From: Cyanophora paradoxa CCMP329
Taxonomy: Eukaryota; Plantae; Glaucophyta
Length of the DNA stretch: 64,000 nucleotides
NCBI GenBank assembly: GCA_004431415.1
Contig: QPMI01000634.1
Coordinates: 52,751-116,750 of the forward strand
Direction of reading: 5' to 3'
Below, in pieces: positions 37,606 to 50,556 of this stretch (its first letter is position 1; every line of letters begins with the position of its first letter). A program made the translations under genes and the position numbers. The notes under the pieces are model-generated. The model saw only the letters and a list, made by a program, of their open reading frames with translations. It made no database searches and was not told the DNA's origin.

Positions 37606-40600
37606 TCGAAATGAGTGACCATGATGATACTGACCTTCGCCATGCACTCTAAGTAATAATAGATCTAACTAAGTAATCGGGCGCCTCACGAATGGAATCA
37701 CTGAATGAGAAACGGCCCGCGCCGCCCGAGCCGACCGCCGAGATTGCGGTCACTCTATATCAGCGAGGTGCGGCTCAGGCCGCAAACGAGCAGTTGAGGA
37801 GTTGCAGCTACGATGATGCAAACCGCATTTACGAAATGGGAGAGCCGCTCGCCCACCAGGGGCAGTACTAGCTTTGGTGCGGCAGAGCTAGCAGTGATCA
37901 TGAGTACTGAAAGCTAACTTCCAATGCCCTCTGCGAGGTTGCCCGCTTTAAACGAGTTCTTACTTCGAAATGAATGATGATACTGACCTTCGCCATGCAC
38001 TCTAGATCTGATCGGGCGCCTCACGAATGGAATCACTGAATGAGAAACGGCCCGCGCCGCCCGAGCCGACCGCCGAGATTGCGGTCACTCTATATCAGCG
38101 ATGTGCGGCTCAGGCCGCAAACGAGCAGTTGCAGGAGTTGCAGCTACGATGATGCAAACCGCATTTACGAAATGGGAGAGCCGCTCGCCCACCAGGGGCA
38201 GTACTAGCTTTGGTGCGGCAGAGCTAGCAGTGATCATGAGTACTGAAAGCTAACTTCCAAGGCCCTCTGCGAGGTTGCCCGCTTTAAACGAGTTCTTACT
38301 TCGAAATGAATGATGATACTGACCTTCGCCATGCACTCTAGATCTGATCGGGCGCCTCACGAATGGAATCACTGAATGAGAAACGGCCCGCGCCGCCCGA
38401 GCCTACCGCCGAGATTGCGGTCACTCTATATCAGCGAGGTGCGGCTCAGGCCGCAAACGAGCAGTTGCAGGAGTTGCAGCTACGATGATGCAAACCGCAT
38501 TTACGAAATGGGAGAGCCGCTCGCCCACCAGGGGCAGTACTAGCTTTGGTGCGGCAGAGCTAGCAGTGATCATGAGTACTGAAAGCTAACTTCCAAGGCC
38601 CTCTGCGAGGTTGCCCGCTTTAAACGAGTTCTTACTTCGAAATGAATGATGATACTGACCTTCGCCATGCACTCTAGATCTAATCGGGCGCCTCACGAAT
38701 GGAATCACTGAATGAGAAACGGCCCGCGCCGCCCGAGCCGACCGCCGAGATTGCGGTCACTCTATATCAGCGAGGTGCGGCTCAGGCCGCAAACGAGCAG
38801 TTGAGGAGTTGCAGCTACGATGATGCAAACCGCATTTACGAAATGGGAGAGCCGCTCGCCCACCAGGGGCAGTACTAGCTTTGGTGCGGCAGAGCTAGCA
38901 GTGATCATGAGTACTGAAAGCTAACTTCCAAGGCCCTCTGCGAGGTTGCCCGCTTTAAACGAGCTCTTACTTCGAAATGAATGATGATACTGACCTTCGC
39001 CATGCACTCTAGATCTGATCGGGCGCCTCACGAATGGAATCACTGAATGAGAAACGGCCCGCGCCGCCCGAGCCGACCGCCGAGATTGCGGTCACTCTAT
39101 ATCAGCGATGTGCGGCTCAGGCCGCAAACGAGCAGTTGCAGGAGTTGCAGCTACGATGATGCAAACCGCATTTACGAAATGGGAGAGCCGCTCGCCCACC
39201 AGGGGCAGTACTAGCTTTGGTGCGGCAGAGCTAGCAGTCACTGAGTGATCATGAGTACTGAAAGCTAACTTCCAAGGCCCTCTGCGAGGTTGCCCGCTTT
39301 AAACGAGCTCTTACTTCGAAATGAATGATGATACTGACCTTCGCCATGCACTCTAGATCTGATCGGGCGCCTCACGAATGGAATCACTGAATGAGAAACG
39401 GCCCGCGCCGCCCGAGCCGACCGCCGAGATTGCGGTCACTCTATATCAGCGATGTGCGGCTCAGGCCGCAAACGAGCAGTTGCAGGAGTTGCAGCTACGA
39501 TGATGCAAACCGCATTTACGAAATGGGAGAGCCGCTCGCCCACCAGGGGCAGTACTAGCTTTGGTGCGGCAGAGCTAGCAGTGATCATGAGTACTGAAAG
39601 CTAACTTCCAAGGCCCTCTGCGAGGTTGCCCGCTTTAAACGAGCTCTTACTTCGAAATGAATGATGATACTGACCTTCGCCATGCACTCTAGATCTAATC
39701 GGGCGCCTCACGAATGGAATCACTGAATGAGAAATTTAAACGGCCCGCGCCGCCCGAGCCGACCGCCGAGATTGCGGTCACTCTATATCAGCGATGTGCG
39801 GCTCAGGCCGCAAACGAGCAGTTGCAGGAGTTGCAGCTACGATGATGCAAACCGCATTTACGAAATGGGAGAGCCGCTCGCCCACCAGGGGCAGCACTAG
39901 CTTTGGTGCGGCAGAGCTAGCAGTGATCATGAGTACTGAAAGCTAACTTCCAAGGCCCTCTGCGAGGTTGCCCGCTTTAAACGAGCTCTTACTTCGAAAT
40001 GAATGATGATACTGACCTTCGCCATGCACTCTAGATCTGATCGGGCGCCTCACGAATGGAATCACTGAATGAGAAACGGCCCGCGCCGCCCGAGCCGACC
40101 GCCGAGATTGCGGTCACTCTATATCAGCGAGGTGCGGCTCAGGCCGCAAACGAGCAGTTGAGGAGTTGCAGCTACGATGATGCAAACCGCATTTACGAAA
40201 TGGGAGAGCCGCTCGCCCACCAGGGGCAGTACTAGCTTTGGTGCGGCAGAGCTAGCAGTGATCATGAGTACTGAAAGCTAACTTCCAAGGCCCTCTGCGA
40301 GGTTGCCCGCTTTAAACGAGCTCTTACTTCGAAATGAATGATGATACTGACCTTCGCCATGCACTCTAGATCTGATCGGGCGCCTCACGAATGGAATCAC
40401 TGAATGAGAAACGGCCCGCGCCGCCCGAGCCGACCGCCGAGATTGCGGTCACTCTATATCAGCGATGTGCGGCTCAGGCCGCAAACGAGCAGTTGCAGGA
40501 GTTGCAGCTACGATGATGCAAACCGCATTTACGAAATGGGAGAGCCGCTCGCCCACCAGGGGCAGTACTAGCTTTGGTGCGGCAGAGCTAGCAGTGATCA

Positions 40601-43600
40601 TGAGTACTGAAAGCTAACTTCCAAGGCCCTCTGCGAGGTTGCCCGCTTTAAACGAGCTCTTACTTCGAAATGAATGATGATACTGACCTTCGCCATGCAC
40701 TCTAGATCTAATCGGGCGCCTCACGAATGGAATCACTGAATGAGAAACGGCCCGCGCCGCCCGAGCCGACCGCCGAGATTGCGGTCACTCTATATCAGCG
40801 AGGTGCGGCTCAGGCCGCAAACGAGCAGTTGCAGGAGTTGCAGCTACGATGATGCAAACCGCATTTACGAAATGGGAGAGCCGCTCGCCCACCAGGGGCA
40901 GTACTAGCTTTGGTGCGGCAGAGCTAGCAGTGATCATGAGTACTGAAAGCTAACTTCCAAGGCCCTCTGCGAGGTTGCCCGCTTTAAACGAGCTCTTACT
41001 TCGAAATGAATGATGATACTGACCTTCGCCATGCACTCTAGATCTAATCGGCGCCTCACGAATGGAATCACTGAATGAGAAACGGCCCGCGCCGCCCGAG
41101 CCGACCGCCGAGATTGCGGTCACTCTATATCAGCGATGTGCGGCTCAGGCCGCAAACGAGCAGTTGCAGGAGTTGCAGCTACGATGATGCAAACCGCATT
41201 TACGAAATGGGAGAGCCGCTCGCCCACCAGGGGCAGTACTAGCTTTGGTGCGGCAGAGCTAGCAGTGATCATGAGTACTGAAAGCTAACTTCCAAGGCCC
41301 TCTGCGAGGTTGCCCGCTTTAAACGAGTTCTTACTTCGAAATGAATGATGATACTGACCTTCGCCATGCACTCTAGATCTGATCGGGCGCCTCACGAATG
41401 GAATCACTGAATGAGAAACGGCCCGCGCCGCCCGAGCCGACCGCCGAGATTGCGGTCACTCTATATCAGCGATGTGCGGCTCAGGCCGCAAACGAGCAGT
41501 TGCAGGAGTTGCAGCTACGATGATGCAAACCGCATTTACGAAATGGGAGAGCCGCTCGCCCACCAGGGGCAGTACTAGCTTTGGTGCGGCAGAGCTAGCA
41601 GTGATCATGAGTACTGAAAGCTAACTTCCAAGGCCCTCTGCGAGGTTGCCCGCTTTAAACGAGCTCTTACTTCGAAATGAATGATGATACTGACCTTCGC
41701 CATGCACTCTAGATCTGATCGGGCGCCTCACAAATGGAATCACTGAATGAGAAACGGCCCGCGCCGCCCGAGCCGACCGCCGAGATTGCGGTCACTCTAT
41801 ATCAGCGAGGTGAGGCTCAGGCCGCAAACGAGCAGTTGCAGGAGTTGCAGCTACGATGATGCAAACCGCATTTACGAAATGGGAGAGCCGCTCGCCCACC
41901 AGGGGCAGTACTAGCTTTGGTGCGGCAGAGCTAGCAGTGATCATGAGTACTGAAAGCTAACTTCCAAGGCCCTCTGCGAGGTTGCCCGCTTTAAACGAGC
42001 TCTTACTTCGAAATGAATGATGATACTGACCTTCGCCATGCACTCTATAGCTAGATCTAATCGGGCGCCTCACGAATGGAATCACTGAATGAGAAACGGC
42101 CCGCGCCGCTCGAGCCGACCGCCGAGATTGCGGTCACTCTATATCAGCGAGGTGCGGCTCAGGCCACAAACGAGCAGTTGCAGGAGTTGCAGCTACGATG
42201 ATGCAAACCGCATTTACGAAATGGGAGAGCCGCTCGCCCACCAGGGGCAGTACTAGCTTTGGTGCGGCAGAGCTAGCAGTGATCATGAGTACTGAAAGCT
42301 AACTTCCAAGGCCCTCTGCGAGGTTGCCCGCTTTAAACGAGTTCTTACTTCGAAATGAATGATGATACTGACCTTCGCCATGCACTCTAGATCTGATCGG
42401 GCGCCTCACGAATGGAATCACTGAATGAGAAACGGCCCGCGCCGCCCGAGCCGACCGCCGAGATTGCGGTCACTCTATATCAGCGATGTGCGGCTCAGGC
42501 CGCAAACGAGCAGTTGCAGGAGTTGCAGCTACGATGATGCAAACCGCATTTACGAAATGGGAGAGCCGCTCGCCCACCAGGGCAGTACTAGCTTTGGTGC
42601 GGCAGAGCTAGCAGTGATCATGAGTACTGAAAGCTAACTTCCAAGGCCCTCTGCGAGGTTGCCCGCTTTAAACGAGCTCTTACTTCGAAATGAATGATGA
42701 TACTGACCTTCGCCATGCACTCTAGATCTGATCGGGCGCCTCACGAATGGAATCACTGAATGAGAAACGGCCCGCGCCGCCCGAGCCGACCGCCGAGATT
42801 GCGGTCACTCTATATCAGCGATGTGCGGCTCAGGCCGCAAACGAGCAGTTGCAGGAGTTGCAGCTACGATGATGCAAACCGCATTTACGAAATGGGAGAG
42901 CCGCTCGCCCACCAGGGGCAGTACTAGCTTTGGTGCGGCAGAGCTAGCAGTGATCATGAGTACTGAAAGCTAACTTCCAAGGCCCTCTGCGAGGTTGCCC
43001 GCTTTAAACGAGCTCTTACTTCGAAATGAATGATGATACTGACCTTCGCCATGCACTCTAGATCTAATCGGGCGCCTCACGAATGGAATCACTGAATGAG
43101 AAACGGCCCGCGCCGCCCGAGCCGACCGCCGAGATTGCGGTCACTCTATATCAGCGATGTGCGGCTCAGGCCGCAAACGAGCAGTTGCAGGAGTTGCAGC
43201 TACGATGATGCAAACCGCATTTACGAAATGGGAGAGCCGCTCGCCCACCAGGGGCAGTACTAGCTTTGGTGCGGCAGAGCTAGCAGTGATCATGAGTACT
43301 GAAAGCTAACTTCCAAGGCCCTCTGCGAGGTTGCCCGCTTTAAACGAGCTCTTACTTCGAAATGAATGATGATACTGACCTTCGCCATGCACTCTAGATC
43401 TGATCGGGCGCCTCACGAATGGAATCACTGAATGAGAAACGGCCCGCGCTGCCCGAGCCGACCGCCGAGATTGCGGTCACTCTATATCAGCGAGGTGCGG
43501 CTCAGGCCGCAAACGAGCAGTTGCAGGAGTTGCAGCTACGATGATGCAAACCGCATTTACGAAATGGGAGAGCCGCTCGCCCACCAGGGGCAGTACTAGC

Positions 43601-43783
43601 TTTGGTGCGGCAGAGCTAGCAGTGATCATGAGTACTGAAAGCTAACTTCCAAGGCCCTCTGCGAGGTTGCCCGCTTTAAACGAGCTCTTACTTCGAAATG
43701 AATGATGATAATGACCTTCGCCATGCACTCTAGATCTAATCGGGCGTCCCACGAGAAACAGCCCGCGCCGCCTGAGCCGACCA
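37606..43783 (+). repeat. Tandem array (satellite) of ~336-bp units, ~18 full copies plus a degenerate end
   Basis: TCGAAATGAATGATGATACTGACC recurs at 37965, 38301, 38637 ... 43693. Units are nearly identical. Confidence 0.97.
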
Positions 43784-43870
43784 CCCATCCGTAGGCGCGG
43801 AACGGGGGACTGTTGTGAAGTGTGACGAATGTAGCAGACGTTTCAAGAAAACCAGCTACATGTGTCTATG

Positions 43871-46800
43871 CTACTGGCTATTGGCTGGGAAGTCTCCGGT
43901 CCCCAGGTCTGCTGCAAGGGTACACATGATCGCCTTAGCTGTCGTCAATGGGGAACGAATGCATAATATATTAATCAACGAACCAATATTGTAATCTATT
44001 GGGAAGATATACCGATGAAATGTCGACTTTTCGGCAGCAGGCTGCACAGAAACTCCAAGTGGAGGGACATTAGGTGGGACAGCGAAGAGAAAACCTGCGT
44101 TTCTCGTTGAGAAGAGCTCTCACAATCTTTCAAGTTTTATACGAAGTACACGTAGAAAGCTTAAGCCTTGCACCTGCATGAGAAAGTTCCGATCTGGGGC
44201 CCGAGCATCTGGAAGCCCCAGGCCTTAAGCTTCGAATTCGCTTGGTAGCGGGTTGGCTGTTCATGATGTCTTCAATCTTGTCTCGAATTGATGCCGATGT
44301 CGCTTGAAGGTCTTGAAAGAAATCTGGGTTGCCTTTTCGCAACCTGCAAACTGAAAAGTCCACAGAAATTAATGTTGGACGCGTGCGAATGCAATGCTTA
44401 GACAATTATAATGACTGACGTTCTTCAAGCAGCCAGGACGTTTGAAGAAGTGCGAAACGATAAGGCTGAGTTGTGACAGCATCTGTGAAAATTCTGTTGA
44501 GCACATGCATATATATGCTTCGAATTCAGAAAGGATTGCGAAGTGAAACGGTCCCATACCTACATAAGCGTTTTGTGCGAAATCCTTGGCAGAGACTCCG
44601 AAAGCAAGGTACCAGGGATCTTCTCCACTTGGCATTTGCTCCACCTGATCATGAACACCAGTCGTTAATCGCATATATATATATATATATATATGCAATG
44701 ATGTGTAGTTGACAGCTGCGCACGAGAATGAACGATGGAACCAACATCTTTCCCGTAATTACACCGTGGACGTAGACTTGGTCACGATATCGATCGGCTG
44801 CAGCACTCACAAGCTGCTCAAATGCGAAATTCGATTTCGCCGTTCGACAGGCGGCTGTCCATGGCGTTTGATCGGCTTGCATGCGCACATGATCATGATA
44901 TAATATACGCCAGCACACACCTGTATTTGATTCGTCGAAGACAAGGGCTACGCCGACCTTCTGGCAGATTCCTGATAGCTGCACAAAGTAGTTCAGCGAC
45001 ATGTAGCGGATTCCTTCATAGGGATCCATCTGGATTGCCTCGCAGATGATCACCTAGTCACGCTAGTCACGCTTGAACTTCACAAACAGAACTATAAGCT
45101 ATGCATGCGCATGCAGATACGTACACAAGCATACCTTGATGGGCAGCTTCGAAAAAGGATGCGATTTTGTCAGCTCTTCTTGAGTGATCTCTGCACTTTC
45201 TTGCTTGCGACCTTGAATCATCTGGCAAGACATCCCCCGGCCTGGCATCAGGCGATCATCTCTACATCTTAAGCTTGCAAAGTTTCAAACCGTGCGAAGT
45301 TCTCGAATAGCGTTTCGAACCGCCGCTGCTTTTGGTTCTGGTCGTTGCTTACTTGGATGTTCATTCTCGTAGATGCAAGGGATGACGACGTATTCTTCCC
45401 TTGGGATGGCACAATCAGTGGCTCTGAATTGTTGTATGCACATAACATTAAAAAGAGACCGTGGACAGACCTTCCAATAAATGCACCAGCGGGCATAGGC
45501 TCTCGTTTGATGGTTGCGTTCGGTACGTTTGTTCCGAGAGCGCCTCTTGATGTTCCGTAGGATCCTTTTGCCCAGACGTATGCCCCCATTGAGCAGTCGG
45601 GATTCGAGTGCTTGCTTGCCAGTTGCAATCTATTTGAATTTTCAACGTCGTAAGCGCTTGATAATTAAGAAGACAAGAGCACCTGCAGCTGGCATGCGAT
45701 CTCATTGGTCACCGACTCCAAGTCAGACGAGCTGCCAGCGTTCGAAATCGTCAAAAATTTGAAGCCCTCCGAAAGCGTGTTGAAGTAACCATCAATCGTC
45801 TTCCTCAAAGCTTCAATTTTCTCTGCGACATGTGTGCATTACTTAACGTTGAATCAGCATCTAGAGGCAGACTAGCGCTTGAAAGTAAATATTAATATAC
45901 CCATTGTGTAATACGGAGATTGTGTGCCGTCGACGTTAACGTGGACGTTGTCATGCACAAAAGACGGCAAGGCCATCAGGTCTGACAAAGTATGTCGCAT
46001 GAATCTGAACACGTGGAAAATATTAATATTACAGCGAATCGAAGTAGAAATCAATATTAATCACCTGGTAACCAGATGACGAGTGGATTCCAGTCCCGAG
46101 AGTACGGATCGTAAAGATGACCCCCACGCGCCGAAAAAGTCTTTGCTGCCCGCATGGGACATGGATCTCCACTGTGGATCCAGATACTGTCGGCTCAGCA
46201 GGATCTCCACCAGCGCTTCTGGTGCGACAAGGGACCAAATCGATTCGCCAGCTCCGTTCTCATGATCAGGATCCTGGGTGGATCTCCAATCTTGAAGCCG
46301 AGCCAGAAGCCCTGAAATGTCTTCTCCTGAGAGTTTACCGCATGCACTGCCCGTGTAAAAGAGACTTAGCTGCGTGATTATTTATAGATCAAATATGCAT
46401 AAGCACCGAAACGCTTCTAGAGCTTTTCGAGGATCGTGGAGCTGACTGAAGCTGAGAAGTATGGTAAGAAGTAGGGTGATGGGGTCCTTGCAATTGTTTG
46501 CCAGAGTCATCGCCCTGTCCAGTATATCGATGAGCGAATTCCAGAGCGAAATTAAATGCCGTGGGATTAATATTAATATTATGCCGGACTTACTGGAAGA
46601 CAGCTTTGAGGATGCCTGTTGTCGCAGACAAGGATGGCAGATCCGACAGCAGGTCTTGAAGCACCTCCGGCTTTAAATTTTCCTCCGCAGACAAGGATGG
46701 CAGATCCGACAGCAGGTCTTGAAGCACCTCCGACGTAGGTGCCTGCACGTGGTCCGGCTGGGATGCTTCAAATTCGCCTTCCTGGCTCTCGAGGGCGGTA

Positions 46801-47003
46801 GCAGCAGCAGCGCCAAGCAGCTCTAGGCCTCCGACAGCTGCTTGATCATGAACTCCATGTGATTGATCTCGATCTGCGTTTAATGCTCAAAGGTTGAAGT
46901 GGCGCGAGCACGTAACGCCCGCGCTGCACCAGTCTGCACTTGATGCCGACTGAAGGACTCGGTCGCAGCAGCCTCCGCAAACGCCCTCTTCTTGGCGGCT
47001 GCT
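43871..47003 (-). CDS. Highly diverged class-III aminotransferase-fold (PLP, fold type I) protein with a low-complexity N-terminal extension; may extend to ~47635; possibly a pseudogene
   Basis: Motifs in the expected order across exons: FLTISNAGSSSDLES (cf. F.NSGSEA), AYVWAKGSYGTSRGALG (cf. GSYHG.T.GAL), IICEAIQ...LSGICQKVGVALVFDESNT-ACRTA..FAFEQ (cf. EPIQ...LIFDEVQTGFGRTG..FAFE), ITGKML (catalytic Lys, cf. TLGKAL), and C-terminal PLTTAKAI. Stop at 43871. In-frame 63-bp duplication at 46623/46686. Confidence 0.7.
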
Positions 47004-48094
47004 CAAGCATGCATATGCGCGCGCAAACATGTACATGGTTCAGAAATCCGAATGCATATGCTCAGCACTTCAAGAGCTTGCACACAGGCCTACTAGGCTA
47101 CTAGCTATATATATAGGCTAGGGAGAGGCGCCGCGGCGGGTGCACGCGGTGCTCTGCCCGAGGAAGGGATTGAAGGAGCCCCGAGGAAGGATTGGCTCAC
47201 GCGCATAGGCTGGAAACCTTAGCTATATCCTTGCTGCTATGCAGGCGGGGGCGTTCGCAGCGTGCGGCGGATCGCGGGATCCAGTTCTGAGGGCAATTAA
47301 TATTGCAAGCTAAGCTGTTCTCGAAAACGGACTGATCATCCTGGCCCTTTCTAGTGCGCGTTTGCTAGTTATTGTGATCTTATGCACTAAGCCGACAAGA
47401 ACGGGCCAGGACCATCAGTCCGTTTTCACGCACCACGCTTGTCCCGTAGCTCCTTCATTCGTACAGCGCTGTGATTCGGCTGATTGTAGGCCCGAGGCTT
47501 CCTGCAACGCTTTGTTGACCTCTTGTGCTGCTTAGCGGCCGCCGTGGGCGCGGCGCTGGCCTCGTCGGCCATCTCCTCTAACTTGTGCTTCAACATCAGT
47601 CTCCTCATCAAGATTTCACTTCTGCTGATCGCCAAGTCGCACTTCTCCTCTAGAACGAGCGATTTCCTTCTAGATCTCCGCCTTTAGTCGCGATCTCCTC
47701 TAGCTAGCTGCACTAAAGGGACGCGTCGCTTGCCCCCCCCCCCCCCCCGGAAAACTGTACCCGGCAATTTTTGCGAACGGCCTTCCTAGTTCAAAACGCG
47801 ACCAGCTCTGCCCACTGAATGGCTCAGCAACCGCTGCCGAATGCATATCACTGTAGATCGGATCGCAAGTCATTCGCGTGCGAGGTGAAGTCAGGTTTGT
47901 GTGGTCATTTGCGGTCCAGGTGCGCTCCTTCTCATCACAGCTGTGCGCTTGCGAAAGGCGGTTTCCTTAGTTGCGCAAACACGATAGCAATTGGTTCGCA
48001 GCCGCTCAACCGCCCCACCTGCGGCCGCTGGCTGCAACTGGCCATGGAAGTGGAATGGATCAATGGCGTCGCGCGCGCCGGCAAGCGCGACCTT

Positions 48095-50215
48095 CAACGA
48101 AGGTGCGCATCACCATGGCTGCAACTTTTCATCATTTCCCGCCTGTTCACAGCCGCGCCTCGCAGAGCGATCGCTTTCTCGGGGGGTTGGCTCTGGCGGG
48201 CTGTTTCTGAACCGAGTGCTGGGGCGTCGCTCCGGCCGATCCGAGTGCATGGCGAAGGTCAGTTCCATCATTCATTTCGATACTAGGGGCCCGGCCGCGT
48301 TTGGCGCGCCGGGGGTGCAAGGGGGGAATCGGGATCTAATGAAATAGTAGTGGTACGAACATGCACGGGGCAGATCTAGATCGACCCCGGCCCAGCGCGC
48401 GCGGCAGGTTGAACTGTAAAGATAGACACAGATTATATATGATTGAAAAAAATAGAAAAGGCCCGATAAGCAGACGATGCGATCAAACGGAATAAAGAAA
48501 AGCCTCAATGAAAGGCAGATTCAGCGCACTGTATATGAAAGACTCTGAGATTGTTCTGGAGCCAAAAAACGCTGCGCATCAACTGTGTTCGCTCGGCCTA
48601 TAGCTATAGCTACCGCTAACCCTGAACAGCTGGCTAAAAGATGATGGTGCTGTCTGCAGAGGGCTCGCCGTAAACATAGGCGATCCAGGCCTTCTGGAAG
48701 GGGTCGGGGCGGAAGTCGACCATGGGGGGTGAGCGGCAGCCAGCGGCGCCGGTCCTGAAGAGAGCCGTCTTGCGAGAGCATGGTGAGGCGGCCCGCCGCC
48801 TCGAGCGCCCGCAGAGCCACGCGGCTGGCGCGCTGCTCGCTCGATCCCGCCGCGCATCTGGTAGACAAGGTATTGAATTTCGACGTCCGCGAGGCTGGCG
48901 TCGCGCAGGCGCTCGACGACCCCCTCGTGGAGGTCCTCGATCGCAGGCCTGCATCATGAACAGACGTCAGCTGTACATGTGGGCGGTCCACTTCAATATT
49001 TGATGAAACTGCGCGCACCCAACAAAGCGTTTTTTGCGAGCGCGTGGCTCAATCGAAACTGCACGAACTCGAGTGCACGTGCTGTGACCGTGCTGCCGGA
49101 CATGACGATACAAGTTCTGGCGCCAGCAGAAGTGTTCACGGGCTCCGTCCGGACAATGTAAGCAAATTCCGCCGTTGCATGATGACGACACCGTACGCGT
49201 GCAGCCTGCGCCACCCGCCACGAGATCCCGCCCCAGGACGAGGTCTCCAGGCACAGACGCGGCTGCAGAACTAGATCGCCGTCCCATCTGGCGCGGACTT
49301 GGTCAGCTGCAGACTCATGATCAGGCGCGCAATATTTTAATTTGGCGAAGCTGCTTGCCTAGTAGCGGGAAGCAAGCACCGCCGCCAGTCCGAGAAGCCA
49401 AGCAGCGGAGTGCCGACCGCGAGGGCAAAAAAAGCGCCAGGCCGGCCGCGGGTCAACGTGCTCGGCTGCGGCCGCGGGCAGCGGCGCACGCGGATCTGCG
49501 GTATATATAAACTCGATTTCGGAGACGTTCTGAACGCAGCAAGAGAGCACGGTCTGGACGGCCTGGCGTGCTCGGCTGCCAGCTGGCTGCGATCAGCGGC
49601 GCAGCTAGGCAGCGGTGCAAGCGGTTTTGTACATGTTGTGCAAGCTCAAGCACGATCGCGAGTGCCACAAAGCGTGCTCGGCTGCGGGCAGCGGCGCGTG
49701 CTCGGTACGCAGTGCTGCGGTGCAAGCTTGATGCATGCAGTGAAAAGTAGTCCAGGCGGCTCGGGTACCGTGCGCATGCGGCGTATACGCGGCGCACTGA
49801 AGCGGTAATCTAGAGGTGACAGCTAGAGAGAAGTGGTTCCATGCAGAACCGCGCAACGAAGAGCAAGGCGTATGTGACGCATTGCGAGGAAGCCGAAATC
49901 TAGAGGAGACAGCTAGGGAGAACTGGTTCCATGCAGAACCGCGCAAGGAATTCGAAGACCGGAGTAAGAGAGAAGTTCGTCTTCCCCTCGAAAACCACTT
50001 TTTCCCCTCGAATTCGACGCTCGAAAGTCGAGAGCTGACCGGTTCACCGAGCCAATCGGATCGCGAATAAAGCACCATTTTTTTCTGCTGTTGCATACTG
50101 GCCCTCGAAAACGGCCTCATAGAAAACTTTTGGCTGAAGCGAGGGAACGGGAAGCAAGGGGGGGAAGACCTTCGGTCTTCTTTTCCCCCCTTGCAATTTG
50201 CACTCGTCTCAATCG
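48095..50215. repeat. Solo monomer relic of the 291-bp repeat, split by the Helitron-like insertion (parts ~48095-48282 and 50197-50215)
   Basis: ...GTTCCATCATTCATTTCGATA at 48282 resumes as TTTGCACTCGTCTCAATCG at 50197, exactly contiguous in the array-2 unit. Confidence 0.85.
48283..50196 (-). mobile_element. Non-autonomous Helitron2/Helentron-like rolling-circle element (1914 bp)
   Basis: On the minus strand it is inserted between host A and T with no TSD. It ends in a GC hairpin plus CTAG. Asymmetric inverted repeat TGCAAGGGGGGAA at the 5' end (50183-50195) and just before the 3' hairpin (48316-48328), plus a 5' foldback copy (50154-50166). Confidence 0.75.
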
Positions 50216-50556
50216 ACGTCGTATGCGCGTAAGCGTAGACGAAGATTTGTGCAAGCCGTCAGTGCAAAACAGCCGACAAGCTCAGCTACCGGCGCGCGCC
50301 CGGAAATCGTAACCGCGGCCGCGGCCGGCGCTCGGCTGCGATCGTGATCGCGCACGAGAAAACAAAATATTAATTATGAATGCGAGACGTACCCGTCCGA
50401 GCCGCCACGGGTACCGCCTGCTATTGATTGCATCACTGACGCAAGGCGCCCCTGAGAGCGCCAGTCCGTCTGAGGCGCGCCGCCCGCCCCGCTCGCGGGC
50501 GGCGCGCCTTGTTCTTCAATCTTTTACTACGATCTGTGCGAGGAATCGCCTCGCGC
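50216..50556 (+). repeat. Dispersed segment B, copy 1 (copy 2 at 57314-57651)
   Basis: Near-identical ACGTCGTATGCGCGTAAGCG...GAATCGCCTCGCGCA. Confidence 0.9.

Noticed and set aside
38108-38130. SRP RNA helix-8-like word TCAGGCCGCAAACGAGCAG in a ~300-bp unit
   Set aside because: The loop is not GNRA, the AGCAG half is lost in the homologous 291-bp unit, and no Alu domain is evident. An Rfam scan would settle it.
37606-43783. Hammerhead retrozyme, 5S rRNA or spliced-leader tandem array
   Set aside because: No CTGANGA core on either strand of either array, no 5S-like sequence beyond AGTACTAG, and no Sm-site motif.
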